NCBI GenBank assembly: GCA_016213945.1
Contig: JACQZF010000048.1
Location: forward strand, 33,854 to 97,853
Reading direction: 5' to 3'
Origin: Nitrospirota bacterium
Lineage (GTDB): Bacteria > Nitrospirota > Thermodesulfovibrionia > UBA6902
Length of the DNA: 64,000 nt
Shown here: positions 8,561-19,222 of the stretch, in pieces
Layout of the letters: every line of letters starts with the position of its first letter
Position numbering within the stretch: position 1 is the stretch's first letter
The notes under the pieces: model-generated
What the model saw: the letters and a program-made list of their open reading frames with translations, nothing else
What the model was told of the DNA's origin: nothing
The model's database searches: none
Position numbers and translations under genes: made by a program

Positions 8561-9995
8561 CACATTCTTTATTTAATGTGGTTTCAGGGACAGGCATATA
8601 ATTTTTCAATGCCGTGACGTGTTGCAGCGCGTGTAAATTTTCTACTTCCACGGGTTGGGTTAAATCCCGTGACCTTGCCCTTGCGAGACCCCAAACAACT
8701 ACGGAACAGCCTGTTGCTATAAAACATAAAATTCCCGCAAAGACAAATGCCATGACGTACTGCTGCGTTGCGTCATAGAGCACGCCTCCCACAACAGGGC
8801 CGAGGATGCCTGCAACGCCATACGCTGTAAATATCCATCCGTAGTTTACTCCGAGATTCTTAGTCCCGAAATAGTCGGCGGTTGCCGACGGGAAAAGTGC
8901 AAAGATCCCGCCGTAATTCAACCCTACCCATGCAGAGGCAAGGAATATAGATACGTGTGATTCAACGCTTACAAGTAGCATAAAAGCCATGCCTTGTGCA
9001 AGAAACATAATCATCATGGCACGCGGTCTGTCAATAAGATCACTGACCTTGCCCCAGAAGACGCGTCCGAGTGCATTGAAGATAGCAAGGATGCCGATGG
9101 GTTCGACAAAACGTCCAAAGGTGCCCATCCATTCAGGGGCAAAAGTTTTCCCCTTGAGAATTGCGCCCATCAAAGGATTCCACTGGCCGATAGCCATTAA
9201 TCCTGATGTGGCTCCAAAAATAAATGTGAGCCACAGCATACAGGAAAGCGGTGTATTGAGCATCTCTCTCCACTCTACATCATGCGGAGTCTGATTTTTG
9301 ACCTTACCTGAATTCCAGCCCACGGGCTGCCACCCTGCCGGGGGATTACACAAAAGTGAAGCGCCGAGAATAACGAAAACAGCGCTGGTAAAGCCGTGAA
9401 GGACAAAAAATGTCTGCCAGCCGATCCCAAATCCGTTCCCTTTGGAAATACCGAGGGCTATCATCAGGATTTGTGACAAACCCATGGCCTCTCCTCCTGT
9501 CCCAGGCTGTTGTAAAAGTATGGATGCGGGTCCAGCAAAAAAGAGCGCCCCTGCTCCGAAACCGGCAACTGACAAACCTGTGATCAAGCCCTTTTTATCC
9601 GGGAACCACTTTACTGCGGCGGCAATAGGACAGACATATGCAAATCCTATCCCTGCGCCACCGATAATTCCATATGTGAGATACAGCGTCCACGGATGGC
9701 TTTTGTCAACCAGCAATGCCCCGAGCAGAAAAGAAATGCCAAGAAGGATGCCGCCAAATGATGCTACCTTGCGTGGCCCGATACGGTCCTGCAAACGGCC
9801 TGCCGGGATCATGATAGCGGCAAAGGTGAGCAAAGAAAACGAGAACGCCCACTGAGTTGTTGTGCGGCTCCATCCGAATTCCGCTTCAAGAGGCTTTACA
9901 AAAACGCTGAACGCGTAAACAGTTCCCAAAACTACCTGGACAATCAATGCCCCGGCTAAAACAGTCCAGCGGTTTTTATTTTTTTCTTCATTCAT
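8556..9995 (-). CDS. MFS transporter, oxalate/formate antiporter (OFA) family-like
   Basis: 479 aa with 12 predicted TM segments. The N-terminus (WTVLAGALIVQVVLGTVYAFSVF) is OFA-like. Confidence 0.65.
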   Translation of the reverse strand: MNEEKNKNRWTVLAGALIVQVVLGTVYAFSVFVKPLEAEFGWSRTTTQWAFSFSLLTFAAIMIPAGRLQDRIGPRKVASFGGILLGISFLLGALLVDKSHPWTLYLTYGIIGGAGIGFAYVCPIAAAVKWFPDKKGLITGLSVAGFGAGALFFAGPASILLQQPGTGGEAMGLSQILMIALGISKGNGFGIGWQTFFVLHGFTSAVFVILGASLLCNPPAGWQPVGWNSGKVKNQTPHDVEWREMLNTPLSCMLWLTFIFGATSGLMAIGQWNPLMGAILKGKTFAPEWMGTFGRFVEPIGILAIFNALGRVFWGKVSDLIDRPRAMMIMFLAQGMAFMLLVSVESHVSIFLASAWVGLNYGGIFALFPSATADYFGTKNLGVNYGWIFTAYGVAGILGPVVGGVLYDATQQYVMAFVFAGILCFIATGCSVVVWGLARARSRDLTQPVEVENLHALQHVTALKNYMPVPETTLNKECV

Positions 9996-10142
9996 GCTTT
10001 TATCTCCCGAATAATTGTTATGGTGTCAGCACAGGCGGGGTAACCCCGGCCATACTGAACTAATCGGGTGATGAAGGGGAAATCTTTAGTTAAAAGAATT
10101 CCTCTTGGCTCTGCTTCGGGGTCAATCAGACACTCCTTTGAC

Positions 10143-10219
10143 TGTCATTCCCGCAATTTGTTGAGCGGGAATCCAGAGTCTTTTCATAAAGAACTGGATT
10201 CCCATTTTCATGGGAATGA
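10143..10219. repeat. REP-like palindromic element copy 3 (between the MFS and isochorismatase genes)
   Basis: GTCATTCCCGCAATTTGTTGAGCGGGAATCC...GGATTCCCATTTTCATGGGAATGAC. Confidence 0.7.
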
Positions 10220-10245
10220 CGAAAAAGCGCGGTTGCAAATAAAGT

Positions 10246-10797
10246 CTACTTTATTCTCTTTACTATCGTTACGAACTCAGGCGTCCCGGCTTTTTCGAGG
10301 AGCTGGAACAAGACCGTTTCAGTACATGTGATCACCGCGCCTGCATCGCGCATGAGCTCTCTGCCGGAGAGGAAATCATCTTTCTTCCTTGAGCAGGCAG
10401 CGTCGCTGACAAGATGAACAAAGTATCCTTTTTCTAAAAGTCCCAGACAAGTCTGCAAGACACAAACATGCGTTTCCATCCCGGTGAGAATGATATGTGT
10501 TTTTCTCAACGAGGCGATTTTCTCAAGAAAACCATCTCCCCTGCAGCAGTCGAATGTGACTTTTTCCAGAGGCTCGTAGTGCGGTACGGCTTCTTTAATT
10601 TCCTTAACTGTCTGGCCGAGTCCTTTTGGATATTGCTCTGTAACGAGGATCGGGATGTTCAGTAGCTTTGCGGCTTCAATGAGGTGAAGGCAGTTATCTG
10701 TCACCCGCTGTTTGTGTTTCATCACAACCGCGAGTTTGTCCTGAATGTCCACGATGACGAGTATAGAGTTGTTTCTGTCGAGGATGAATTTGTCCAT
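10246..10797 (-). CDS. Isochorismatase-family cysteine hydrolase
   Basis: It has the ILVIVDIQ... start and a catalytic Cys region (VHLVSDAACS). Confidence 0.7.
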   Translation of the reverse strand: MDKFILDRNNSILVIVDIQDKLAVVMKHKQRVTDNCLHLIEAAKLLNIPILVTEQYPKGLGQTVKEIKEAVPHYEPLEKVTFDCCRGDGFLEKIASLRKTHIILTGMETHVCVLQTCLGLLEKGYFVHLVSDAACSRKKDDFLSGRELMRDAGAVITCTETVLFQLLEKAGTPEFVTIVKRIK

Positions 10798-10808
10798 GAT
10801 TAAAGATG

Positions 10809-11090
10809 CTATTTGCTGCTTGCTCTAAAATTTTCATAAAACTTTTTGCCAAGAGTATCAACGGGCGGAATATTATAATCCTGTTTTTTCACTAATCCGA
10901 GGCAATTCATTTTCTTTAGAAAATTTTGAAGCTTAATAATATCAGGATTCGCTTTACACTTTTGTTGTGCCTTTTCAAGAGTCTCTATGAGCTTATCGAC
11001 TGTATTCATTTTTCCAGCAAGATATCCCTGACTGTTCTGTCTAAATTTTGCATGTAAAATGTCCCCGCATTTTTGTATAAATTTTATCAC
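10809..11090 (-). CDS. Hypothetical small protein (93 aa) directly downstream of res
   Basis: ORF only; no family recognised. Confidence 0.3.
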   Translation of the reverse strand: MIKFIQKCGDILHAKFRQNSQGYLAGKMNTVDKLIETLEKAQQKCKANPDIIKLQNFLKKMNCLGLVKKQDYNIPPVDTLGKKFYENFRASSK

Positions 11091-11123
11091 AGCACTCTAT
11101 AACGTGTGAAGTTAACTCTTAAA

Positions 11124-14048
11124 TCAAAACAACTGACTCTTCACCTTCTGATGTGTGAGCTTTGCGAATTCCATAATGTCTTTAATTGATGCTCCCTTAT
11201 CCCTCAGACTATAAAAAGTGTTTTCACCAAGCAGCGCATAGTTCCACTCGCACTCCATTCTGTCATCTGGTTTCAGATCATTAATTTTATTGAGCCAATC
11301 CAAAGCAGCAAGTTCTTTTTGCCGCACGTTGGCATCGTTCAAATCTTTGGTTGCCTTTGTTTCGACGAGGTAGATTGATGAATTCACCTTTACGATAAAG
11401 TCCGGATAATAAGACGACAGCATACCGTCGTTGCGGATATAATTTAAGTGGGCGAAATCATGATAATTCTCATTGATCTTCACGAAGCTGTTAACCAGAG
11501 AATCGCTGTCACAGAAGAGCATGAATTTTCTCTCTAATTCTCCTTTGTTTGAAGGGTAAGGAAGTTTCTCATATATTGTCTTTGTAATATCGAGAGAATA
11601 ATTTTCACGCATCTTCAATTCATTTACTTCAGAAAAGTATTTCTTGATTACAACCGCCTCTTCAACATCGATATTGTTCTGCATATCATAAATAATCTGG
11701 CTGAGTTCTTTCACGATATGCTGGATAATGCCTGCCTTTGAAAGCATCAGGACACGCCAGTTGTTGTCCTTAAACGGATCAAAGGTCTCATTGAACAGGC
11801 GGTTTCGAATAAAGTCGTCAACAACCTTTATGAGAGATGCATTATTTATTTGCATTACAGGATAATCCTTCATCGTTCTCTGACTGACTTTGACGAGAGT
11901 GCTGGTAATCACTTTAATGATTTTCGCCATCAATTCGTTATAACTTTTGGCGGTGAATAGGTCGCCTGTTACTTTGTAATCTCCAAAACGGGTCTTAACG
12001 GTTATTTCCTCTGAAACAAAAATCTCCTCTTTGGGAACCATCGCCTTGAGTTTATCCAGTTGATACCAGTCAACTCCTGCAAAATATTTTGTGGATGGCT
12101 CCATTACCTGCAAGGTCTCCTCTCTGTCCCTAATAACAATAGGCCAATAAAGATCATAGTCTTTATAGTTGCTTTTCAATCCGACCTTTATGATATCTCC
12201 GAGGATGCTTTCCCGATCTTCAGGCAAATCATGCGTTTCAGCGATAGAACCTTCCTTAACAAGTTCATCATAAAATTCGATAAAGGCAGGGTGCTCAACA
12301 ATACTCAGAATATCGAGATAATTTGACGGCTCTTCTTTTCTTTGTAAAAGCTTGATCCTGTTCTCAGTCTTTATCTCCTGATAATCCGGTTCGCGCCACA
12401 TGAGGCGCAGACCTCTGCCGATGATCTGTTCAAGAAGGATCGGGGCCTGCGTTGACCGCAACGGAACGATAACACAGATATTGCTTACATCAAAACCTTC
12501 CCGAAGCATCAGGACAGATACAATGACCTTCGGGCTGGAATGATTATCTATGTTAAAAAGCCGCTGTTTAACTTTCCCCCATTCCTTTGCAGGTATTGAG
12601 CCTTTCTTGTCTGAATCTATCTGAACAACATCTTCTTCGCCAAGCCCTTCGTTGTCAGCAAGAAACTGCGTCACAAAAGGAGAAACCTTTGTATCCTCGC
12701 ATATCACCAGCATCTTTGGATGCTTGTCTGACATTCCAGATGTATCAGAAGTTAAAGTCACAAACTGTTCTTCCAGTATCATTAATTTCTGCAAGCCTGC
12801 CCTGAGCATGAGCTTCTGCCCGTCAGAAAGACCGACCACTGTATTCCCTTCACGGACAGCTTTGAAATCAAGCTCCATTGTGGCAATCTCCTTACGCTTA
12901 TCAAGAGTAATTGTCTTCACAAGTCCCTGATGAATGGCTGTCTTAAGATCAAAGTCCACGACAATATGAGGGAAGAAATGTTTCGTCCTTTTCTGTCCGC
13001 TTCCGGTCACATCATAGGGAGTTGCTGAAAAATCAATCTGGATAAAACTTCTGCCTTTGCCTTCGGCAATTTTGTTCAGCGATTTCTGCCATTCAACTTC
13101 AGAGACGATACCGGCCTTCTTTGTTTCATGAATGTGGTGCGCCTCGTCATTAAAGACGACCATATTCTCAAGTCCTGCGAGATATTCAATCTCACCCCCG
13201 CTCAAATACTGATTATCGAGAGTTTCGAGGGAATGTCCTGTTGACGTGCCGGGCGTGATCGGGAATATTTCCTTTACCGCCTTTGAAGGGTCTTCCAATG
13301 GAGCTGTCTCAGTGTATTCCTCTTCTTCAACTCCTGACAAGAGATGCCAATTGGTAATGGCGATCATTCCGTCACCGGTAATCTTCTTTCCTATCTCTTC
13401 TTTTCTAACAACATTGGATTGGATAAAGCCAAAGAGTGTTTCTTTATATGCAGAAGGGATGAACAAGTCCTCGAACTTTTTGAAGTCCGATGTGGCAAAG
13501 TTCCTTGTACCGTCCTGTCCTTCCTTGCCCAGATAAGCGTCCAGAAGTCGTTCATATACAATTAAACCCGGCGCTACGATTAAAAACCTTTGGGAATAAA
13601 GACCGCTTGGCGATTCTTCATGTCTTGCATTGAGATATTGCCATATCAAGAGAGCATTCAGCACCCATGTCTTGCCAGTGCCTGTAGCCATCTTGATGCA
13701 GTATTTTGGATGGCTGAATTTGTCTTTTTTGAGATAGGACAGATCCATCTCGGCAGTAATGTCACTGCTAACTGAGGAATACATATCGAACACAGACTCT
13801 GCCTTCAAAATTTCATGAGTATAGATTGTATTCAGGATTGCCTGTCTCTGTCCTTCGTGAAAGTTGACTGTCCTTGCGTCACAGAAGGGACCGGAGAACC
13901 AGAACCTGAGCAGGTCTTGCGTAACCGGCGTAGTTTTGCTGATGAAGCTGCCGTTTTCCCATTCGCTGATTACCAGCGCTGAGAGTTCTTTAGCAAATTT
14001 CAATGGTATGTCGCGCGTGCCTGTGTTAAGAGCAATACTCATAATCAA
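11124..14048 (-). CDS. res: Type III restriction enzyme Res subunit (SF2 helicase plus C-terminal PD-(D/E)xK endonuclease)
   Basis: Walker A MATGTGKT, DEAH box VVFNDEAHH, and a C-terminal ...YLVETKATKD endonuclease-type motif. Confidence 0.85.
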   Translation of the reverse strand: MIMSIALNTGTRDIPLKFAKELSALVISEWENGSFISKTTPVTQDLLRFWFSGPFCDARTVNFHEGQRQAILNTIYTHEILKAESVFDMYSSVSSDITAEMDLSYLKKDKFSHPKYCIKMATGTGKTWVLNALLIWQYLNARHEESPSGLYSQRFLIVAPGLIVYERLLDAYLGKEGQDGTRNFATSDFKKFEDLFIPSAYKETLFGFIQSNVVRKEEIGKKITGDGMIAITNWHLLSGVEEEEYTETAPLEDPSKAVKEIFPITPGTSTGHSLETLDNQYLSGGEIEYLAGLENMVVFNDEAHHIHETKKAGIVSEVEWQKSLNKIAEGKGRSFIQIDFSATPYDVTGSGQKRTKHFFPHIVVDFDLKTAIHQGLVKTITLDKRKEIATMELDFKAVREGNTVVGLSDGQKLMLRAGLQKLMILEEQFVTLTSDTSGMSDKHPKMLVICEDTKVSPFVTQFLADNEGLGEEDVVQIDSDKKGSIPAKEWGKVKQRLFNIDNHSSPKVIVSVLMLREGFDVSNICVIVPLRSTQAPILLEQIIGRGLRLMWREPDYQEIKTENRIKLLQRKEEPSNYLDILSIVEHPAFIEFYDELVKEGSIAETHDLPEDRESILGDIIKVGLKSNYKDYDLYWPIVIRDREETLQVMEPSTKYFAGVDWYQLDKLKAMVPKEEIFVSEEITVKTRFGDYKVTGDLFTAKSYNELMAKIIKVITSTLVKVSQRTMKDYPVMQINNASLIKVVDDFIRNRLFNETFDPFKDNNWRVLMLSKAGIIQHIVKELSQIIYDMQNNIDVEEAVVIKKYFSEVNELKMRENYSLDITKTIYEKLPYPSNKGELERKFMLFCDSDSLVNSFVKINENYHDFAHLNYIRNDGMLSSYYPDFIVKVNSSIYLVETKATKDLNDANVRQKELAALDWLNKINDLKPDDRMECEWNYALLGENTFYSLRDKGASIKDIMEFAKLTHQKVKSQLF

Positions 14049-14364
14049 CTACCCGTCAACTAAATATTATCTTAATAATCAGCTTGTTATCGTAATTGTC
14101 GGTCAAATCTATAATCTCCAATCAAGTATCCAGCTTTGTTAGCCATTTGTTAAACGAATCTTCAGTTTTGCCTTTTTAACAAAGGATAACCCCTTGAAAT
14201 AAATATAGTTAGATGCATAGGACCTTTGATTATTCTTTAATCTCCTTTGTTAAAATCGTGTTCGTTCTGCCTCAGTTGCCTAAGGAGCTATTCTTTGTGC
14301 CTGCATTCAATGAGATGGACATTATCTACCAGCAGCCGCTAAATTATTTTGCCTGCCGAATAAA

Positions 14365-14387
14365 GATTCTGGACAAGCCAGAATGAC
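14365..14387. repeat. Half copy of the REP-like element (GATTCTGGACAAGCCAGAATGAC) in the vapC-res intergenic region
   Basis: It matches the right-hand hairpin unit of the family. Confidence 0.5.
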
Positions 14388-14403
14388 AAAGTTAAGGAAA
14401 ACA

Positions 14404-14787
14404 TTACACAAGTTCAACACCGGCAATCCTTTTGAAATGGTTTTTGTTAATAGTTGCGAGCGGGAGGTTGTAAGCCAGTGAAGTTGCAGCGATAAAAATA
14501 TCCGGAATTTCTATAAGCTTATTTTGGGATTTAAGACCACTGTAAATATCTCTTGCTTTTAGAGCGCATTTTGAATCAAACGGTAGGACATCAATGTTTT
14601 TCAACAGGCTTTTGCCGAACTCCAATTCTCTATCTTTAAAGCCCACCAGCCATTCAAATTCGGTTATAACAGAAATTACCACGCTGTGCTTCCTGGCTAT
14701 CTCTACCAGGATGGCAGTCTCTTTTTTCTGCTTTCTGAAATACTCAACAAGAATTGAAGTGTCAACTAAAACTTTGCCGGTTTCCAT
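14404..14787 (-). CDS. vapC: PIN-domain toxin (VapC-like)
   Basis: 127 aa starting VLVDTSILVEY... with conserved acidic residues. It overlaps the upstream antitoxin. Confidence 0.7.
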   Translation of the reverse strand: METGKVLVDTSILVEYFRKQKKETAILVEIARKHSVVISVITEFEWLVGFKDRELEFGKSLLKNIDVLPFDSKCALKARDIYSGLKSQNKLIEIPDIFIAATSLAYNLPLATINKNHFKRIAGVELV

Positions 14788-14999
14788 CTTTTCATGTCCT
14801 CCCTTACAGCAAGAAAAGCTTTAATGTCATCTTCTCCTAATACAGGTCCCTTCATAAGAACTTCTGAAAGTTTCTTTTTTGTCTCTCTTTTTGTATAAGG
14901 CAAAATAATCACTTCAACCTTTTCATCTTTAAAATCTTCGGGAAGATCGATAACTACCCTTCTGTTTTTCACATTCTTAATCTCTCTTAATGCCCGCAT
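14766..14999 (-). CDS. Antitoxin (VapB/Phd-like) partnered with the PIN toxin
   Basis: 77 aa, overlaps vapC by 22 nt, small charged protein. Confidence 0.5.
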   Translation of the reverse strand: MRALREIKNVKNRRVVIDLPEDFKDEKVEVIILPYTKRETKKKLSEVLMKGPVLGEDDIKAFLAVREDMKRWKPAKF

Positions 15000-15040
15000 A
15001 CAGTTACCTCCTTTCTCATGCTTACTCTATATTATACCCA

Positions 15041-16972
15041 TTACCCCACTTCCTCCACTACCACGCTTTCAAACCCAAACACATCAACCGCCTTCACGCA
15101 GATCCTGCGTTTGCCTTTGACTTTTGGTGATAAGATGCTGACTTCTTTCACGACCCTGAAGGGGTCTGCATCATTGCCAACATTGCTTCTGTAATCCTGC
15201 CATTTACTGCGGAAGGTTTCGCCGTCGTAGTCAGGGTCTACGCTCCAGTATTCAATAAGCGCAAGAGGGTCATGCGCGATGATGTCCTGCAATTTTTCCT
15301 TGTTTGCGTCATCAAGGGGCAGGGCGTCAGGAGAGAGCAGGATGTAATTGTCCAGTTCGATAGTTATTTCATCAATATCGGATGAATAGTTTTTCAGAAC
15401 AGGCTTTTTGATGGAGAGATACTGAAGCGATGAGAAGCGTATCTTGCCGCTTTTCAGGAGGCTTTCATAACTGGACTTTGTCTTGAGCTTGTCGAGAAGA
15501 TCAGGAGGAATAACCAGCACCTCAAGTTTATCGTCGTTGAAGTTCTTGATGACCGTTGCAATATCAAAAACAAAGTTCCAGCCGAGGACTACCACCTTGT
15601 TCCACCCGCCAAGAAAGGACTCCCTCAATTCCTGCGCCTTCTTCAATGTTGCATAGCCGGTCAGTTTTGAAGGGGAATCAACCATGACGAGGGTGCGTGA
15701 ATTTTTGATATATCCAAGGTTGCGATTTGGATTCTGCTCATCAGGGAAGGGTAATGCGCCGTAGAGGTTGAGGACGACCTGCGACAAATCACCGATGCGC
15801 CTGAACAGTCGGCTTGAGGTAAAGGCCTCTTTCTGGTAATCCCCGATTGATTGGTAGAGGAATGGCTTCGCCTCCTGATCTATAAGCCGCTGCCTCGTAA
15901 TCATGATAGCAGGCTTGCCGATGTCGGACATTATCCACCTGCGGCCATTTTTTTCGGCAACTGTTCCGGTAGAGCCGGAGCCGGAGAAGAAGTCGGCGAT
16001 GATGGAATTTTCGTTGGAAGAACTTTTGATGATGCGCTCAAATAGTTTTTCAGGTTTTTGTGTCGTATAGTCAACTCTTTCTTTTGCAACTGGATTGACT
16101 GGCGGAATATCGTCCCAGACCGAATCAACAATATCGCCTTCAACGTCATCTAAATATATTTTTCTTGTACCGCCGCCTGTGGGGTTCACATCCGTTCTGC
16201 ATAATCTTCCTGTTTCATCAGGCTTGAACCTTTTCAAATACTGCTCATTATGCGGTTTGTATTGTGTATTCCAAATGTATGATGCAGACTTCGTGTAAGA
16301 ATAAATCACATCGTGCTTTTGAGGAAACTTTTTTGCCGTAGCTCGCTTAAAACCAAAATATGTCCACACAATTTCATTTCTGAAATTTTCTTTCCCAAAC
16401 ACATCATCCATCAACACCTTCACATAATGCCCGACATGCCAATCAAGATGGACATAGATTGATCCCTGCTCGCTCAGCAATTCTCTCATCAATGCAAGTC
16501 TCGGATACATCATTCGCAGATAACTGACTGTCCCGTCTTTCCATGTGTCGGAATAGGCAAACTGCTCCAGTACGGTCGGCTTCTGTTCGATGGTGGTTCC
16601 GGGCAGGGTGATCTTTGTCCGGTAATCAGCTTTGCTGTCAAAAGGCGGGTCATTATAGATAAGATCAACCTTGCCGCGCATGGAAGGCAAACCGGTTGCC
16701 GGATCACCGGCAAGCAATGCCTGCATCACAAGCAGGTTGTCGCCATAAATAAGCCTGTTGTGCCATTCCTGCTCTGAAATTTCCTTCAGTTGCCCGCGAT
16801 AAAGCCCGGACTTGTCCTTGGATGGCAGCACATACTCATTGGTCTGCAAGGTAAGCTTATTGGTCCCGGACAACCTCTCAAGTATCCGCTCCACTTCCTT
16901 CTTACCCTCGGCAACAATCTTTGATAGTTGGTCGATTAAAGATTCAGGCATGATAAATATATGTCCCTTCAA
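15041..16972 (-). CDS. mod: Type III R-M Mod subunit (beta-class N6-adenine DNA methyltransferase)
   Basis: Motif IV (DLIYNDPPF) precedes motif I (FFSGSGSTG), which is the beta-class order. It lies in the same transcriptional direction as res. Confidence 0.85.
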   Translation of the reverse strand: MKGHIFIMPESLIDQLSKIVAEGKKEVERILERLSGTNKLTLQTNEYVLPSKDKSGLYRGQLKEISEQEWHNRLIYGDNLLVMQALLAGDPATGLPSMRGKVDLIYNDPPFDSKADYRTKITLPGTTIEQKPTVLEQFAYSDTWKDGTVSYLRMMYPRLALMRELLSEQGSIYVHLDWHVGHYVKVLMDDVFGKENFRNEIVWTYFGFKRATAKKFPQKHDVIYSYTKSASYIWNTQYKPHNEQYLKRFKPDETGRLCRTDVNPTGGGTRKIYLDDVEGDIVDSVWDDIPPVNPVAKERVDYTTQKPEKLFERIIKSSSNENSIIADFFSGSGSTGTVAEKNGRRWIMSDIGKPAIMITRQRLIDQEAKPFLYQSIGDYQKEAFTSSRLFRRIGDLSQVVLNLYGALPFPDEQNPNRNLGYIKNSRTLVMVDSPSKLTGYATLKKAQELRESFLGGWNKVVVLGWNFVFDIATVIKNFNDDKLEVLVIPPDLLDKLKTKSSYESLLKSGKIRFSSLQYLSIKKPVLKNYSSDIDEITIELDNYILLSPDALPLDDANKEKLQDIIAHDPLALIEYWSVDPDYDGETFRSKWQDYRSNVGNDADPFRVVKEVSILSPKVKGKRRICVKAVDVFGFESVVVEEVG

Positions 16973-17071
16973 AATTCGACTATTGCTCTATTTTGGTTAA
17001 TACCCTTACTAATAACTTCGTCTATTATACAAAACCAATGGAACAATGATGGGTAATTTTTTGAAACGCGG

Positions 17072-17098
17072 GGTATATTGCAGGGGCGGGTTTGAAAC
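17072..17098 (-). terminator. Perfect hairpin CAGGGGCGGGTTTGAAACCCGCCCCTG downstream of acs
   Basis: Inverted repeat; the T-tract is weak. Confidence 0.4.
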
Positions 17099-17122
17099 CC
17101 GCCCCTGTAGGGAAATTAAAAG

Positions 17123-19099
17123 TTACAATCTCTCTTTCACCAGATTATCAACCACTGACGGGTCGGCAAGGGTCGATGTATCGCCGAGGTCTTCGACATC
17201 TCCCTTTGCGATCTTCCTGAGGATCCTTCTCATGATCTTGCCGCTTCTGGTCTTTGGAAGTCCAGGAGCAAACTGGAGTTTGTCCGGCGATGCAATCGGG
17301 CCGATGACCGTTCTGACATGGCCTATGAGGATCTTTTTGAGTTCATCAGAAGGCGTCTGTCCATCCTTTAAAGTTACATATACATATATGCCTTCGCCTT
17401 TAATTGCGTGAGGGAATCCTACAACCGCAGCCTCTGCTACTGCCTCGTGGCTGACAAGCGCTGATTCCACTTCGGCTGTTCCAAGCCTGTGGCCGGAGAT
17501 ATTGATAACGTCATCAATCCTTCCCATAAGCCAGTAGTCGCCGTCTTTATCGATACGCGCCCCATCGCCTGTGAGGTATTTCCCGGCGAATCTTGCAAAA
17601 TAAACCTCTTTCACCCGCTTCTGTTCAGGATCGCCGTAGGTACCGCGTATCATTCCGGGCCACGGTTTATCAATTACAAGATAGCCGCCTTCGTCAACAG
17701 CCGCTTCTGAGCCGTCCTCTTTTAAAATCTTTGGCACTACGCCGGGGAACGGCCTGTTTGCGGAGCCTGGCTTCAATGTCATTGCGCCGGGAAGCGCCGT
17801 GAGTAATATACCGCCTGTCTCTGTCTGCCACCATGTGTCAACGATCGGAAGTTTTTCTTTTCCTACATTGACGTGATACCACATCCACGCCTCAGGATTG
17901 ATAGGCTCTCCAACTGAACCGAGCACCCTGAGAGATGAAAGGTCATGCTTGTTCACATAGCTTTCTCCTTCTTTCATCAAGGCCCTGATTGCGGTTGGCG
18001 CGGTGTAGAAAATACTTACTTTATGTTTATCGCAAATTTGCCAGAACCTTCCTGCGTCAGGATACGTGGGAATGCCTTCAAACATCAGGCTTGTGGCCCC
18101 GCTTGCAAGCGGTCCGTACACAACATAACTGTGTCCTGTCACCCAACCGATGTCTGCTGTGCAGAAGTGAATGTCTTCATCATGATAATCGAATATCCAT
18201 TTAAATGTAAGATTGGCAAAAAGGAGATAACCTCCTGTCGTGTGCAGAACGCCTTTGGGCTTCCCTGTTGAACCTGAGGTGTAAAGAATGAAAAGAGGAT
18301 CTTCCGCGTCCATCTGTTCAGGCTCGCAGAAGTTTGCGATATCAGGGGCACTCATCTCATCATGCCACCAAAGGTCTCTCTTCGGCTCCATGTCGATATT
18401 CTGGTCGGTCCTTTTTACAATAATTGCCTTTTCAACTGTCGGGCATTCCTGCAGCGCGGTATCGCAGTTAACCTTTAGAGGGACAAACCTTCCGCCTCTT
18501 ACACTCCTGTCCGCAGTGATAACAAGTTTTGATTTGCAGTCCTGGATCCTGTCCCTGAGGGCTGAGGCGCTGAAGCCGCCAAATACTATAGTGTGAATGG
18601 CCCCTATCCTTGCACAGGCCAGCATCGAGATCGCCAGTTCCGGGATCATCGGCAGGTAGATGGTTACCCGGTCTCCTTTTCCCACGCCGTGTTTTTTCAA
18701 CACGTTGGCAAACCTGTTTACCTCGTAATAAAGCTGCTGATATGTGAAAGTTCGGTAGGTCCCGCTGTCGGCCTCCCATATGATCGCAGCCTTGTTTCTT
18801 GTTGCAGATGTTATATGCCTGTCAAGACAATTGACTGATGCGTTGAGCTTGCCGCCCTGAAACCATTTTATCTCAGGCTTGTGGAAATCATATTCAAGAA
18901 CCTTGTCCCATTTTCTATACCATGTCAGATTTTTCTCAGCCATTTCAGCCCAGAAACCTTCCGGATCTTCAACTGAACGTTTGTAAATCTTCTCATACTC
19001 TTCCATGCTCTTGATGTGAGCCTTGCTGCTGAAATCCTTTGACGGCGGAAAGGTCCTTTCCTCAGTCATCAGGACTTCAATCTTTTTGTCATCTGCCAT
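17123..19099 (-). CDS. acs: Acetyl-CoA synthetase
   Basis: 658 aa with the AMP-binding motif [12 protein letters not shown] and an Acs-typical N- and C-terminus. A perfect hairpin at 17072-17098 follows it. Confidence 0.9.
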   Translation of the reverse strand: MADDKKIEVLMTEERTFPPSKDFSSKAHIKSMEEYEKIYKRSVEDPEGFWAEMAEKNLTWYRKWDKVLEYDFHKPEIKWFQGGKLNASVNCLDRHITSATRNKAAIIWEADSGTYRTFTYQQLYYEVNRFANVLKKHGVGKGDRVTIYLPMIPELAISMLACARIGAIHTIVFGGFSASALRDRIQDCKSKLVITADRSVRGGRFVPLKVNCDTALQECPTVEKAIIVKRTDQNIDMEPKRDLWWHDEMSAPDIANFCEPEQMDAEDPLFILYTSGSTGKPKGVLHTTGGYLLFANLTFKWIFDYHDEDIHFCTADIGWVTGHSYVVYGPLASGATSLMFEGIPTYPDAGRFWQICDKHKVSIFYTAPTAIRALMKEGESYVNKHDLSSLRVLGSVGEPINPEAWMWYHVNVGKEKLPIVDTWWQTETGGILLTALPGAMTLKPGSANRPFPGVVPKILKEDGSEAAVDEGGYLVIDKPWPGMIRGTYGDPEQKRVKEVYFARFAGKYLTGDGARIDKDGDYWLMGRIDDVINISGHRLGTAEVESALVSHEAVAEAAVVGFPHAIKGEGIYVYVTLKDGQTPSDELKKILIGHVRTVIGPIASPDKLQFAPGLPKTRSGKIMRRILRKIAKGDVEDLGDTSTLADPSVVDNLVKERL

Positions 19100-19222
19100 T
19101 TCCTGGGCCTCCTTTTGTTTTGAGATATTCTTATTTCGGTTTATTCAATCGGGCTTCTTTTAACCATCTCTTAACTATTAAACGGACAATCATGATATAA
19201 ACTTTATCACTGTCCCTGTTGT

